Origin: Macrostomum lignano
Taxonomy: Eukaryota
NCBI GenBank assembly: GCA_002269645.1
Contig: NIVC01000996.1
Span: 248,001 to 312,000, forward strand
DNA length: 64,000 bases
Reading direction: 5' to 3'
Shown here: positions 56,023 through 64,000 of the stretch, piece after piece
Layout of the letters: each line of letters starts with the position of its first letter
Numbering within the stretch: the first letter of the stretch is position 1
The notes under the pieces: model-generated
Told to the model about the DNA's origin: nothing
The model's input: only the letters and a program-made list of their open reading frames with translations
Databases searched by the model: none
Made by a program: the position numbers and the translations under genes

Positions 56023-56233
56023 TAAAGTATAAATAAAAGGTGGCTGTGTCTGCATATTTATTGACTGGCGAAACTCAGATTTCTGGTTAATTGAGTGCGC
56101 GTTGGGATGTGCTCGAGCAGGGGGAAGTGGATAGGCTGGGTGGGGGTTACGGAGTGCAAACTGAGTGCCCGAACTGCCTGCCTGCGCATGCTACAGTTAC
56201 TAAATGATTACCGAACACCGTGTCCATTTGCAG

Positions 56234-56917
56234 GATTTAAGTCAAATATTTGTTCCGGTCTTACACGGGTCACATATTTATCTAATTGTGATTTGCGGTG
56301 CCAGCAGAAAAATTCTAATCCTGGACTCACTGAAAAACTGAGCCGCTGCAATTCGTCAACTGAAGCCCATAGTTCATCGATGGAAGTAGGTAAACCATTT
56401 GTGTCGTATAATTGCACCTACGAGCTACTGTACGCTCGTACAATGTGCTGATTAACTTTTTGCCTGTAAATTTACTTGCTATTATGGACCATAAAGCCAT
56501 GAACGTCCATCCATATACTAAAAATCCGGTACTTAAAATATTCCGCTAAACTACATTTCATACTCCTGCAGACAACTCCTCGATTCGAATGTCGTCGCTG
56601 CATTCGTGGACCAAACAGCACCTGTGTTCAGAAGCAGCCCGGTGACTTTTGAGCCAGATACTTTGCCACGGACCATGCAGAATGACGGCTATAGCTGCGG
56701 TGTGTTCGTCTGTCTGTATGCCACGGCTGTTGCAACTGGATCACCGCTACACTTCAGAAACGACACAGGATCCCTAAAAAAGTATAGGTGTCACATCTGG
56801 CAGGTTATCCAGAATTACAGTCAAGGAGGAAGCCAGGCGACCTGCAGCACGTGCAACAGGATGGTACCTGATGCTTGTGCTAGAAATCGGACGATTGACT
56901 GGGTGGGTAGCAGCTAG
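56234..56917 (+). pseudogene. Ulp1/SENP-like (C48) cysteine protease fragment, spliced, with premature stop
   Basis: Exon 56234-56385 DLSQIFVPVLHGSHIYLIVICGASRKILILDSL (His, Asp; TGA at 56339), GT-AG intron 56386-56571, exon from 56572 with QNDGYSCGVFVCLYA (oxyanion Gln and catalytic Cys). Confidence 0.7.
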
Positions 56918-57237
56918 TACGCTTGCTATATTGACTACACTTTAAAGGCTTTACGAGCGTACAATAGTTATGCTACTACGTAATGCGCAGATTGTTGTTG
57001 ATTTTGGAGGTGAGGTGGGTGTCAGAGCCAATGCAAATTCAACGCCTATCTAAATACATTAGACCGATTCTAATTGGTCCAGAGTCATTATGTGAGACAT
57101 TTATACTCTCATGTAAAATCTATACATGTAATCAGTGTATCGTACAGCAGCGACGAGTACAATATAGTACGCATAATTAGCGCTTCGCAGTTGTTGTACG
57201 TAGAAACGCGCGCGCTCCCATCCCCGCACAATGCAGC

Positions 57238-57480
57238 ATTGGTGTACGCAGAATTAACTGTCCATATTAACTGTCCATATACCAAAAATTGACAGAATTA
57301 GAGCGCCCACCCCATAACTGTCCATATTATTACTTGTCCATATTTACTGTCCATCCCAAAATTGGTGTACGCGCAGAATTGTAGCGCCCGCCCACCCCAT
57401 AACTGTCCATATTATTACTTGTCCATATTTACTGTCCATATATACACCCAAAATTGGTGTACGCACAGAATTGTCTGTGA
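57238..57480. repeat. Short tandem repeats (TAACTGTCCATATT, CCAAAATTGGTGTACGC), probable Polinton subterminal/TIR region
   Basis: About 8 copies of ACT(T)GTCCAT and 3 of ATTGGTGTACGC directly upstream of the viral ORF cluster. Confidence 0.65.
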
Positions 57481-58156
57481 CCCCCACAAAATTGGCGGCC
57501 CCACGCGGAGGCATGATGAGTCAGTCAGCCAGTAAATCGCCGCTGTTCACCCCTCTGCCCTGCGCTGGCTGCTATAGCTACCTGCAGCAGTGTTACGCAA
57601 CAACCCGGTCGAGCCACAATGCTAACTTTATAGCCAGACACGTCATGAAGGTCTGAAAACACAAACTTCTATGCATGAAATATTCTCGTTTAACAAGATG
57701 CCAAACCAACTTTGTTCAGACAGCAAACTATAAATAAGAAAATTTGGATTCTCGGCCGTTTATCTAAATTCACCAAGTTCAATTAACACCCCAATCATGT
57801 GGAAAACGCAATGTTTGACAAGCAATTTTTGGTTGCCAAAGCACAAGAGGATCAGATCGACAAAGCATGAACTGCCAACAACTTTGAGCAAGGATTTCAA
57901 CACACCTCCAACGCCAACACCGAAAATAGGTACAAAAGTCTCTTTTTTTCTGGAATCCTCGATAACGACAACACCGTAAAAAGCTCGTTAACATGTAATT
58001 AAAACAAAAACTTATTGAGACTCTCGGGTATATAAGCACCAACCCGGGGCACCAAGCACCCGTACCTGCAAATTTTTCTCGGATTCTCGGCAGTTTTTCA
58101 AGCTCGAATAACATCCCCACCACTAGTGCGAACAACGCAGCAGTGCTTGACAAGAA

Positions 58157-58693
58157 ATGAGCTGGATTTCCAGAGACTACCCCCTATTATCGAACGAGGA
58201 AAAAGACGAATATGAGGCCTTGAAAAAATCTGCTGACTGGTTGTGCATTTGCCACAGCAAACCGATTTCCGAGCGATTAGTCACCTTCAATGCCAAGGTC
58301 GAGGAAATTGATCAAGGCCCCTACGACAGCCAAGACTACGCAGCAGCCAGGATAAATGAGCAACTACGGGACAAAATGAGATTCAAAGCTGATTTAGCAC
58401 GAATGGAGAGATTACTGGCTCCGATACTAAGTGAAGAGCATCGCCAAAAAATACGTTTTCGGAACCATCAAGATCTGTATAATCCGTCGTGGGAGGAGCA
58501 ACAAAAGATTTGGAATTTTTGGCTGCCAAAGCACAAGAGGAACAGGCCGCCAAAGCTTGAACTACCAGCAACTTGGAGCAAGGATTTCAGCACACCTCCA
58601 ACGCCAGCACCCGAAAATAGGAACAAAAGGTTCATTTTTTCCGGAATTCTCGATAACGACAACTCTGTAAAAAGCTCGTTATCGTGTAATTAA
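58157..58693 (+). CDS. Polinton hypothetical protein (true C-terminus possibly frameshifted)
   Basis: ATG-started, helical E/K-rich N-terminal two thirds; preceded by GGTATATAAGC at about 58028. Confidence 0.55.
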   Translation: MSWISRDYPLLSNEEKDEYEALKKSADWLCICHSKPISERLVTFNAKVEEIDQGPYDSQDYAAARINEQLRDKMRFKADLARMERLLAPILSEEHRQKIRFRNHQDLYNPSWEEQQKIWNFWLPKHKRNRPPKLELPATWSKDFSTPPTPAPENRNKRFIFSGILDNDNSVKSSLSCN

Positions 58694-58788
58694 AACAAAA
58701 ACTTATTGAGACTCTCGGGTATATAAGCACCAGCCCGGAGCATCTGCAAGCGCCCGTACCTGCAAATTTTTCTAAACAGACAAGAGAC

Positions 58789-59541
58789 ATGGAGACAGTG
58801 CAAGACTTCAACTGCGTCAAGCGAGAGCTGCTGGCACTCAAACCGCGAGGTCCGAGCTTCAACGGGGTTGAAACGTTTGACATTGAATATGACGAACAGG
58901 GACCTCTCTACTTGGCCAATGCGGTCCCTGTTTTGATCGTCAAGGGCGTGCGTACTGACAACGAAGGTCGCGAATTCATCATCATTGCACAAAAACACAT
59001 TGAAAGCTGCATACCCTACACTTTCAACACTGTGGCGGAGCACCTTTCCAGCGAAAGTCTAGCTCTGCTGGGCTACAACCCAGCGTTTGGAGGTGACAGT
59101 GCAGCGTTTGGGCTGGCTCACGACTTTAAAATGTACGACCAAAACGGACTGCCTGTAGAGGATTACAAAAACAAGAGCGGCTACTACAGGATTCTGTTTA
59201 CTCTCGACACGGCCGTGATTCGAGACGCTGTTTTGACCGCAATGCCAAAAATTCAACAGCTACAGTTTGTCGAAGAAGCCAAACAGGCATTCGATCGTTG
59301 CTATTGGACGCCACCTCCAAAAATCAAGGTAGGCGTCAAGAAAGTAAGCAAGAAAGCAAAGAAACCACCAAAGCTTGTCAAGGAGAAGCAGCCAAAGGTG
59401 CCTAAAAATCAGGCCAGAAAGCGACAGCATCAATCGAAACTAGTAGCAGCCAACGAATCAAAGAAGCGGTCGAAAGCCCCCAAGAAGGATACGAAAGTAA
59501 AAACTGCCGAAAAATCTACTTGCAGAACGTCGAGTGTGTGA
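58789..59541 (+). CDS. Polinton protein, candidate T7 gp2.5-like ssDNA-binding protein with Lys-rich tail
   Basis: 250 aa; segment MYDQNGLPVED...SGYYRILFTL...PKIQQLQFVEE parallels recalled T7 gp2.5 VVDSKGKKMED...GSKLKVKYSL...LQLESVMLVE; preceded by GGTATATAAGC at about 58718. Confidence 0.55.
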   Translation: METVQDFNCVKRELLALKPRGPSFNGVETFDIEYDEQGPLYLANAVPVLIVKGVRTDNEGREFIIIAQKHIESCIPYTFNTVAEHLSSESLALLGYNPAFGGDSAAFGLAHDFKMYDQNGLPVEDYKNKSGYYRILFTLDTAVIRDAVLTAMPKIQQLQFVEEAKQAFDRCYWTPPPKIKVGVKKVSKKAKKPPKLVKEKQPKVPKNQARKRQHQSKLVAANESKKRSKAPKKDTKVKTAEKSTCRTSSV

Positions 59542-59644
59542 ACCGAGTGTTTTGCGCGAAATGGAGCCGCATGCCTGACTTGGACTGGGCGAGCGCACGG
59601 ACATTTCGCAGACCAAGAGCTCTTATCAATTTGCGAATAGGAAA

Positions 59645-59998
59645 ATGTACAATCAACTTTTTTCAGCGTTCTTTGTCTGCAATTGTATTCGGTTGTCGCT
59701 CATCAACCAAGTTTTGCGTCTTTTTCCTCAATGTAAACCAATTTCTGTTGTTGTTACCACTAGTACTTACCGCGCTGAAGTAGACAGATGGCCAAACTTT
59801 TTCCAAATTGCATACTCCGGGTCCCGCTGGGTGAAGTGGGAGTGTGAAGTTTTCAATGGAATAGTAATAAAGTCTCCATTTCGCAATGCTAAATGTTTAT
59901 TATGCGGAAAGAATGGCCGCCTTGTTTTCCTTGGAATACGAAACTTTAAAGAGCTCTGTCAAATGTACGATCATGTGACTAGCGTTTTGCATGTCTAA
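59645..59998 (+). CDS. Polinton hypothetical protein
   Basis: 117-aa ATG ORF filling the gap between viral genes; an in-frame ATG at 59561 is cut off by TGA at 59576. Confidence 0.4.
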   Translation: MYNQLFSAFFVCNCIRLSLINQVLRLFPQCKPISVVVTTSTYRAEVDRWPNFFQIAYSGSRWVKWECEVFNGIVIKSPFRNAKCLLCGKNGRLVFLGIRNFKELCQMYDHVTSVLHV

Positions 59999-60138
59999 TC
60001 CATGTAGCTGTTGCGTAACTTTACTGCTTTACCACTGTACCGAATTTGTATGTACGTACAAGCTGCTATGAAATTGTCTATAAATATATTGTGCATAAAT
60101 TGCAGTGCACTGCAACCAACATCTTTTTGCTAAACAAA

Positions 60139-61143
60139 ATGACAAACGGAATCTCCAGACTATGTTCTTGTCGCGGCGAGCTCGCAGAGCTCGCCAAAGC
60201 CCGTCCCACTCTTCGGCGGGCCATTATTCGAGGTGCAGGCAAGGAACTGATTCATTGTCTCTGTGAATTGAGTCACAACGTGCTCCGGGGAAATATCGAT
60301 CTTTCTCCGAAACAGTATCTGCGATTAAAGCGATACAGAAGATCGTTGCGTGAATTGGCAGACACAAAATTGTCTATAAATAGGAAGAAGAATATGCTTC
60401 TCTCGAATCCTCAAGTCGGTGGTTTTCTACCCATCCTTGCATCTGTTGCTGCACCGCTAATATCAAGCCTGTTTGGCGGACTACTCGCTAAAATGAATAA
60501 ATACGTTGTTGTACCAGAAGAAGAATTTAATAGACTAAGTCAAGGCGCACCCCGAGAAATTGCATCCAAAACAGAATATGAAAAACTCATTGAATACAAC
60601 ACTCAACTCCAAAATAAACTAAGTCAGATCAAGCAAAAGAAGAGTAATCGTTTTCCTGAACGACAACAACGTGTTTGGGACATGCTGACAGAAAGATACC
60701 CAAATTTGGAGTACAACAAGTCGTGGGAAATTGTATTTGATGGAAAAACCTGGCCAGGAAGCAATATTTTCGATCTATTGAAGGAGATTACATCGAATGA
60801 AAGGCGCGACCGCCCAAGCCCAAAATATAGTACCGCTTTTTGGGCCCTGGCCGAAGAGGCAGATATTGCAAAAGCTCTACTAGGACGACGCCAACAAGAA
60901 GAAGTCAGTGTGAAAAAAGAAGTCGGCACGGATCCGGATCGAGACGATTTTTTAGTCGAGCAAGCAATTGGAACTAATGATTTCTACAACGACTTCCACA
61001 AAGACCAAGCCAGTGGCCTGAATGAAATTAAAAAATATGAAGATCGTGGCAGCGATGCCTACAGGCATGCTTCATACCAACTTCGCGAACCAAAGAGGCG
61101 GCAGAAACCAGCAGTAAAATACGAGACGTTAAAAAAACTATAA
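60139..61143 (+). CDS. Fused Polinton conserved proteins: basic N-module ending QVGGFLPILAS plus GSNIFDL-motif protein
   Basis: ELIHCLCELSHNVLRGNIDLSPKQ..LKRYR..LR.LA..K.S...K and DGKTWPGSNIFDLL are motifs I recall from Polinton accessory ORFs; likely start 60139, internal ATG 60493. Confidence 0.75.
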   Translation: MTNGISRLCSCRGELAELAKARPTLRRAIIRGAGKELIHCLCELSHNVLRGNIDLSPKQYLRLKRYRRSLRELADTKLSINRKKNMLLSNPQVGGFLPILASVAAPLISSLFGGLLAKMNKYVVVPEEEFNRLSQGAPREIASKTEYEKLIEYNTQLQNKLSQIKQKKSNRFPERQQRVWDMLTERYPNLEYNKSWEIVFDGKTWPGSNIFDLLKEITSNERRDRPSPKYSTAFWALAEEADIAKALLGRRQQEEVSVKKEVGTDPDRDDFLVEQAIGTNDFYNDFHKDQASGLNEIKKYEDRGSDAYRHASYQLREPKRRQKPAVKYETLKKL

Positions 61144-61280
61144 ATAGAAATCATTTTCATGATATATAATCTGTTTTTGGATCATGGGTGCCGCAGCTGT
61201 AACTTCAAAGCTTTGCTCAGACAAACCGTCTGTGGAGTTCAAGTGTAATTACTCATGCTGTGCATCGAATCTAGTTGCGA

Positions 61281-62338
61281 ATGAGGGTGAAAACCGCTCT
61301 TCGGAGAGTGTACGAACAGGGGGACGCCGCTTTTACAAATGCTGCCCGTGTATATCAGGAGGCCAAACGGCTGGTCCCCTCCCTGACGAGACGCCAAACA
61401 GACGAATGGCTGAAGACCCAATCGAGCTACACCCGGCACAAGAGGGTTAAAAGAAAATTCCGAACCGGAAAAGTAATGTCGGGAGGCTTCATGGAAACTG
61501 TGCAAGCGGATTTGATGGACATGTCGCGATACGAACAATGGAATGATGGTCATCGATATATTCTAGTTGCAATTGACGTGCTTAGTAAATTGGCTTTTTG
61601 TCAGTCAATAAAATTGAAAAGCGACACTCCAAAGGCTTTTGAAAGCATGATCAAAGACTTCCCCATTAAGCCTTTATATCTACACGTTGATCGAGGTACC
61701 GAGTTTTATAACAATCGCATGCAGAACTTACTGAAAGCCCATAATATCAAAATGTACAGTACAAACTCTGTATACAAGGCAAATATGGCTGAAAGGCTGA
61801 TTAGGACTCTCCGAAAACGTTTAGCTCGCTACTTTGAGCATAAAAACACGTGGCGTTGGATCGACTATTTGCCAATATTGGTTAAAAGTTACAACAACAC
61901 AGTACACTCTACTATTGATATGAAACCTTCGAGTGTCGGTCTGCACAATCAAAAAGAATTGTGGGAAAAGCTCTACAAGGATCCTGAATATGATGAACCA
62001 GTTTACCAAAAAGGGGACTTTGTCAGAATTTCAAAATCTCGTCGAGCCTTTGACAAGGAAGCATACGATATGTACAGCGAAGAAGTTTACGTTGTGTCTC
62101 AAGTATGCCCGGGACCGCCTCATTTTTATCGCATTTCCGACCTATCTGGAGAACAAATCGAGGGTCGATTCTACTATAATGAACTTTCAAAGACGGTTCG
62201 ACCGACCGCTTTGTTATAGACAAAATTCTGCGTCGCAATGTCATCATCAATGGTGTCGCTCATCATTTCGTTAGTTGGCGCGGCTATCCCGAGTCGTTCA
62301 ATGCATTTGTACCAGTTGAGGAAGTTATAAATATAAGA
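61281..62338 (+). CDS. Polinton retroviral-like (rve) integrase with C-terminal chromodomain displaced by a -1 frameshift near 62203
   Basis: DDE triad QADL / HVDRGTEF / AERLIRTL; main frame stops at 62219; the -1 frame 62210-62338 gives FVIDKILRR...HFVSWRGYPESFNAFVP. Confidence 0.92.
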
Positions 62339-62381
62339 CAAGGATGAACACACATACACTCGAAACGTGTAGTATATTACA

Positions 62382-63536
62382 ATGCATCTATTCCTACCTA
62401 GCAATGCGTGCGTTGAGCACTATCCTGAGAATAATTCGGCACATTATAGCATTAATTTGCCCGACACCCTCCACTTTCCGAATCATGAAGTCTGCATCGA
62501 ACGGATCTACTTTTGTAAAGAATTCAAAACCGTCCCCGATAATCGAATGGTTGATGTCCTGACCAACGCTCCCGAGGATGAAGTGATTGACATTGAGGTG
62601 AGAGAAAAACCCGCCTCCACGTATAAACAGTTTGCGTCGGTTTCTCTCGCCGCGGGGCTATCAACAGCCAACGAAGTGGTTGATGCAATCATCGCCGATC
62701 TAAAATATGAGCAAGACGATAATGCGATGATTTGCATTGAGCGTTCACAGGAAGGCCAAATTTCAATTGTGAACAAATCATGGTATGGTGCGAACATTAG
62801 GCTGTCCAGTAATGTGCGTAGCATGTTTAAAAAGGTTGATGACGCTGGAAATAAATCAAATATCGAAGTAACGACTTTTTTATTAAACCCAAGAAATTCG
62901 TTAGTATTCGCTATAGAATTGGAGTCCTCCTCCTCCATAGAGAGTCCGATGACTCTAACGTTTGAAAAGAGTGTCTGGCCTTCTAGAACGTCACTGCGGA
63001 TTGCTAAAGGATTCTACCGCACGCCTGATGAGCTCTTAAATTATGTTAATGGAGCGCTTTGGGGCGTCGTTTCAAAGCTCCCAATAAGTCCAGCGACGAG
63101 AGTGGATGCATTCCGCTACAACCCTTTTCTGAACCGGTGTGAGTACAAACCCATTGAAAACATTTTATTCGACATTGGAGAGCTTGCTGCCATTCTCGGC
63201 TTTCGCGAAGATGTTTTCAATGAAACTCCAAAGACCGCTAAACGACCAATCGATTTAACAAATGGTGTACAAACTATGTACATCTATTCAAATATTGTCG
63301 ACTCTGCCATTGTTGGAGACGTCAAAGTCCCCCTGCTTGGGGCAATTCCTTTGAATGAAAAGGTATACGGCGAACGAGAGTACTACGAGTTTGTCAATCC
63401 ATCCTACTTACCGTTGGTGAAACACCCATTCAAAACCATTGAGGTGCAAATCTGTGACGATATGGGCAAGTTAATGGATCGGATTCTTCGAGGCAAAACT
63501 GTTTTATCGATCAACATTCGTGAAATTAAGCTATAA
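62382..63536 (+). CDS. Polinton minor capsid protein (penton)
   Basis: N-terminal LFLPSNACVEHYPENNSAHYSINLP and C-terminal MYIYSNIVDSAIVGDVKVPLL...FVNPSYLPL...TIEVQICDDMG match the recalled Polinton minor-capsid pattern. Confidence 0.88.
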   Translation: MHLFLPSNACVEHYPENNSAHYSINLPDTLHFPNHEVCIERIYFCKEFKTVPDNRMVDVLTNAPEDEVIDIEVREKPASTYKQFASVSLAAGLSTANEVVDAIIADLKYEQDDNAMICIERSQEGQISIVNKSWYGANIRLSSNVRSMFKKVDDAGNKSNIEVTTFLLNPRNSLVFAIELESSSSIESPMTLTFEKSVWPSRTSLRIAKGFYRTPDELLNYVNGALWGVVSKLPISPATRVDAFRYNPFLNRCEYKPIENILFDIGELAAILGFREDVFNETPKTAKRPIDLTNGVQTMYIYSNIVDSAIVGDVKVPLLGAIPLNEKVYGEREYYEFVNPSYLPLVKHPFKTIEVQICDDMGKLMDRILRGKTVLSINIREIKL

Positions 63537-63580
63537 ATAAAGAAGTTTTCACGAATAAAAGGTAGCAACTGATCGACAAT

Positions 63581-63949
63581 ATGCCTTCAATCTTGATCGG
63601 AGGAGCTTTACCGGTATTTTCCGGTGCACAGCGCGGCAACGGCCTGTTTGGCAGCATTGCCCGATTTGCCCTGCCAATTTTAAAGAGTTTTGGCAAAAAT
63701 ATTCTTCGCCACGGAACACGAGCCCTAGCTACAACAGTTAGCGACACACTCGATCAAGGCGGGAACTTGAAAGAAGCGGCATTGCGTAACTCTGTCCAGG
63801 CAGCTAAAGATGCTTTCAAGGACACAGTCGCACAACGAGGTAGCGGCAGACAAAGACGAAGAAAGATGACTAACAAAAAAACGAGAAAAAGACTGCAGCA
63901 TTCTGATATTTTCGACTCTATAAATAAAAAAACCCGTGCCAATAACTGA
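63581..63949 (+). CDS. Polinton basic core-like protein (QRGxG motifs)
   Basis: PVFSGAQRGNGLFGSIARFALPILKS, second QRGSG, Arg/Lys-rich tail; LIGG-A fits the adenovirus protease consensus. Confidence 0.75.
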   Translation: MPSILIGGALPVFSGAQRGNGLFGSIARFALPILKSFGKNILRHGTRALATTVSDTLDQGGNLKEAALRNSVQAAKDAFKDTVAQRGSGRQRRRKMTNKKTRKRLQHSDIFDSINKKTRANN

Positions 63950-64000
63950 TCTGTCTATTAGAGCACCACACTAAGCCGCTGTTGAATGAAAAATGACTGA

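Larger units (their letters stand above)
57728..63928 (+). promoter_or_regulatory. Recurrent [C/T]TATAAATA motif upstream of Polinton ORF starts (7 copies)
   Basis: Copies at 57728, 60078, 60374, 61138, 62325, 63531, 63918; all on the + strand. Confidence 0.6.
57240..64000 (+). mobile_element. Polinton/Maverick-type endogenous virus (adintovirus-like), left portion; continues past window end
   Basis: Intronless, tightly packed co-oriented ORFs: rve integrase plus chromodomain, minor capsid, QxGxG/GG-motif basic proteins, subterminal repeats. pPolB, major capsid, ATPase and protease not in window; left end not pinned. Confidence 0.9.

Noticed and set aside
56606-56917. Assigning the QNDGYSCG protease to the Polinton as its maturation protease
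   Set aside because: It is spliced, has Ulp1-type motifs and a premature stop, and lies outside the subterminal repeats.
56900-57260. Exact left terminus of the Polinton
   Set aside because: No AGTAGT or AGAGAG terminal motif or TSD could be identified; CTACTAC at about 56974 is not convincing.
62183-62219. Programmed -1 ribosomal frameshift in the integrase
   Set aside because: No X-XXY-YYZ slippery site in the overlap; a single-base deletion explains it more simply.

Overview
Eukaryotic (animal) genomic window, dense in satellites and with spliced, GC-rich exons. A flatworm such as Macrostomum is my guess from sequence style only. Host genes reconstructed by hand from GT-AG splice joins: a 5-HT1-like serotonin receptor (two exons, + strand), a C2orf73-like gene (-) head-to-head with SPATA17 (+), an FMRFamide/myosuppressin-type peptide GPCR (-) and NAD kinase (-, five exons). 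Most long ORFs in the track are artefacts of tandem repeats. Mobile DNA includes two tRNA-derived SINE families (one with a CORE domain), a tandemly duplicated defective mariner, a CpG-decayed R1/LOA-like LINE, two MITEs (one with an exact 9-bp TSD) and a spliced Ulp1-protease pseudogene. The last ~6.7 kb is the left part of a Polinton/Maverick-type endogenous virus (adintovirus-like) with integrase, minor capsid and core-like proteins. Within it I see a frameshifted chromodomain on the integrase, a candidate T7 gp2.5-like SSB with a basic tail, an in-frame fusion of two normally separate ORFs, and a CTATAAATA motif recurring upstream of gene starts. No database searches were run; family calls rest on recalled motifs.
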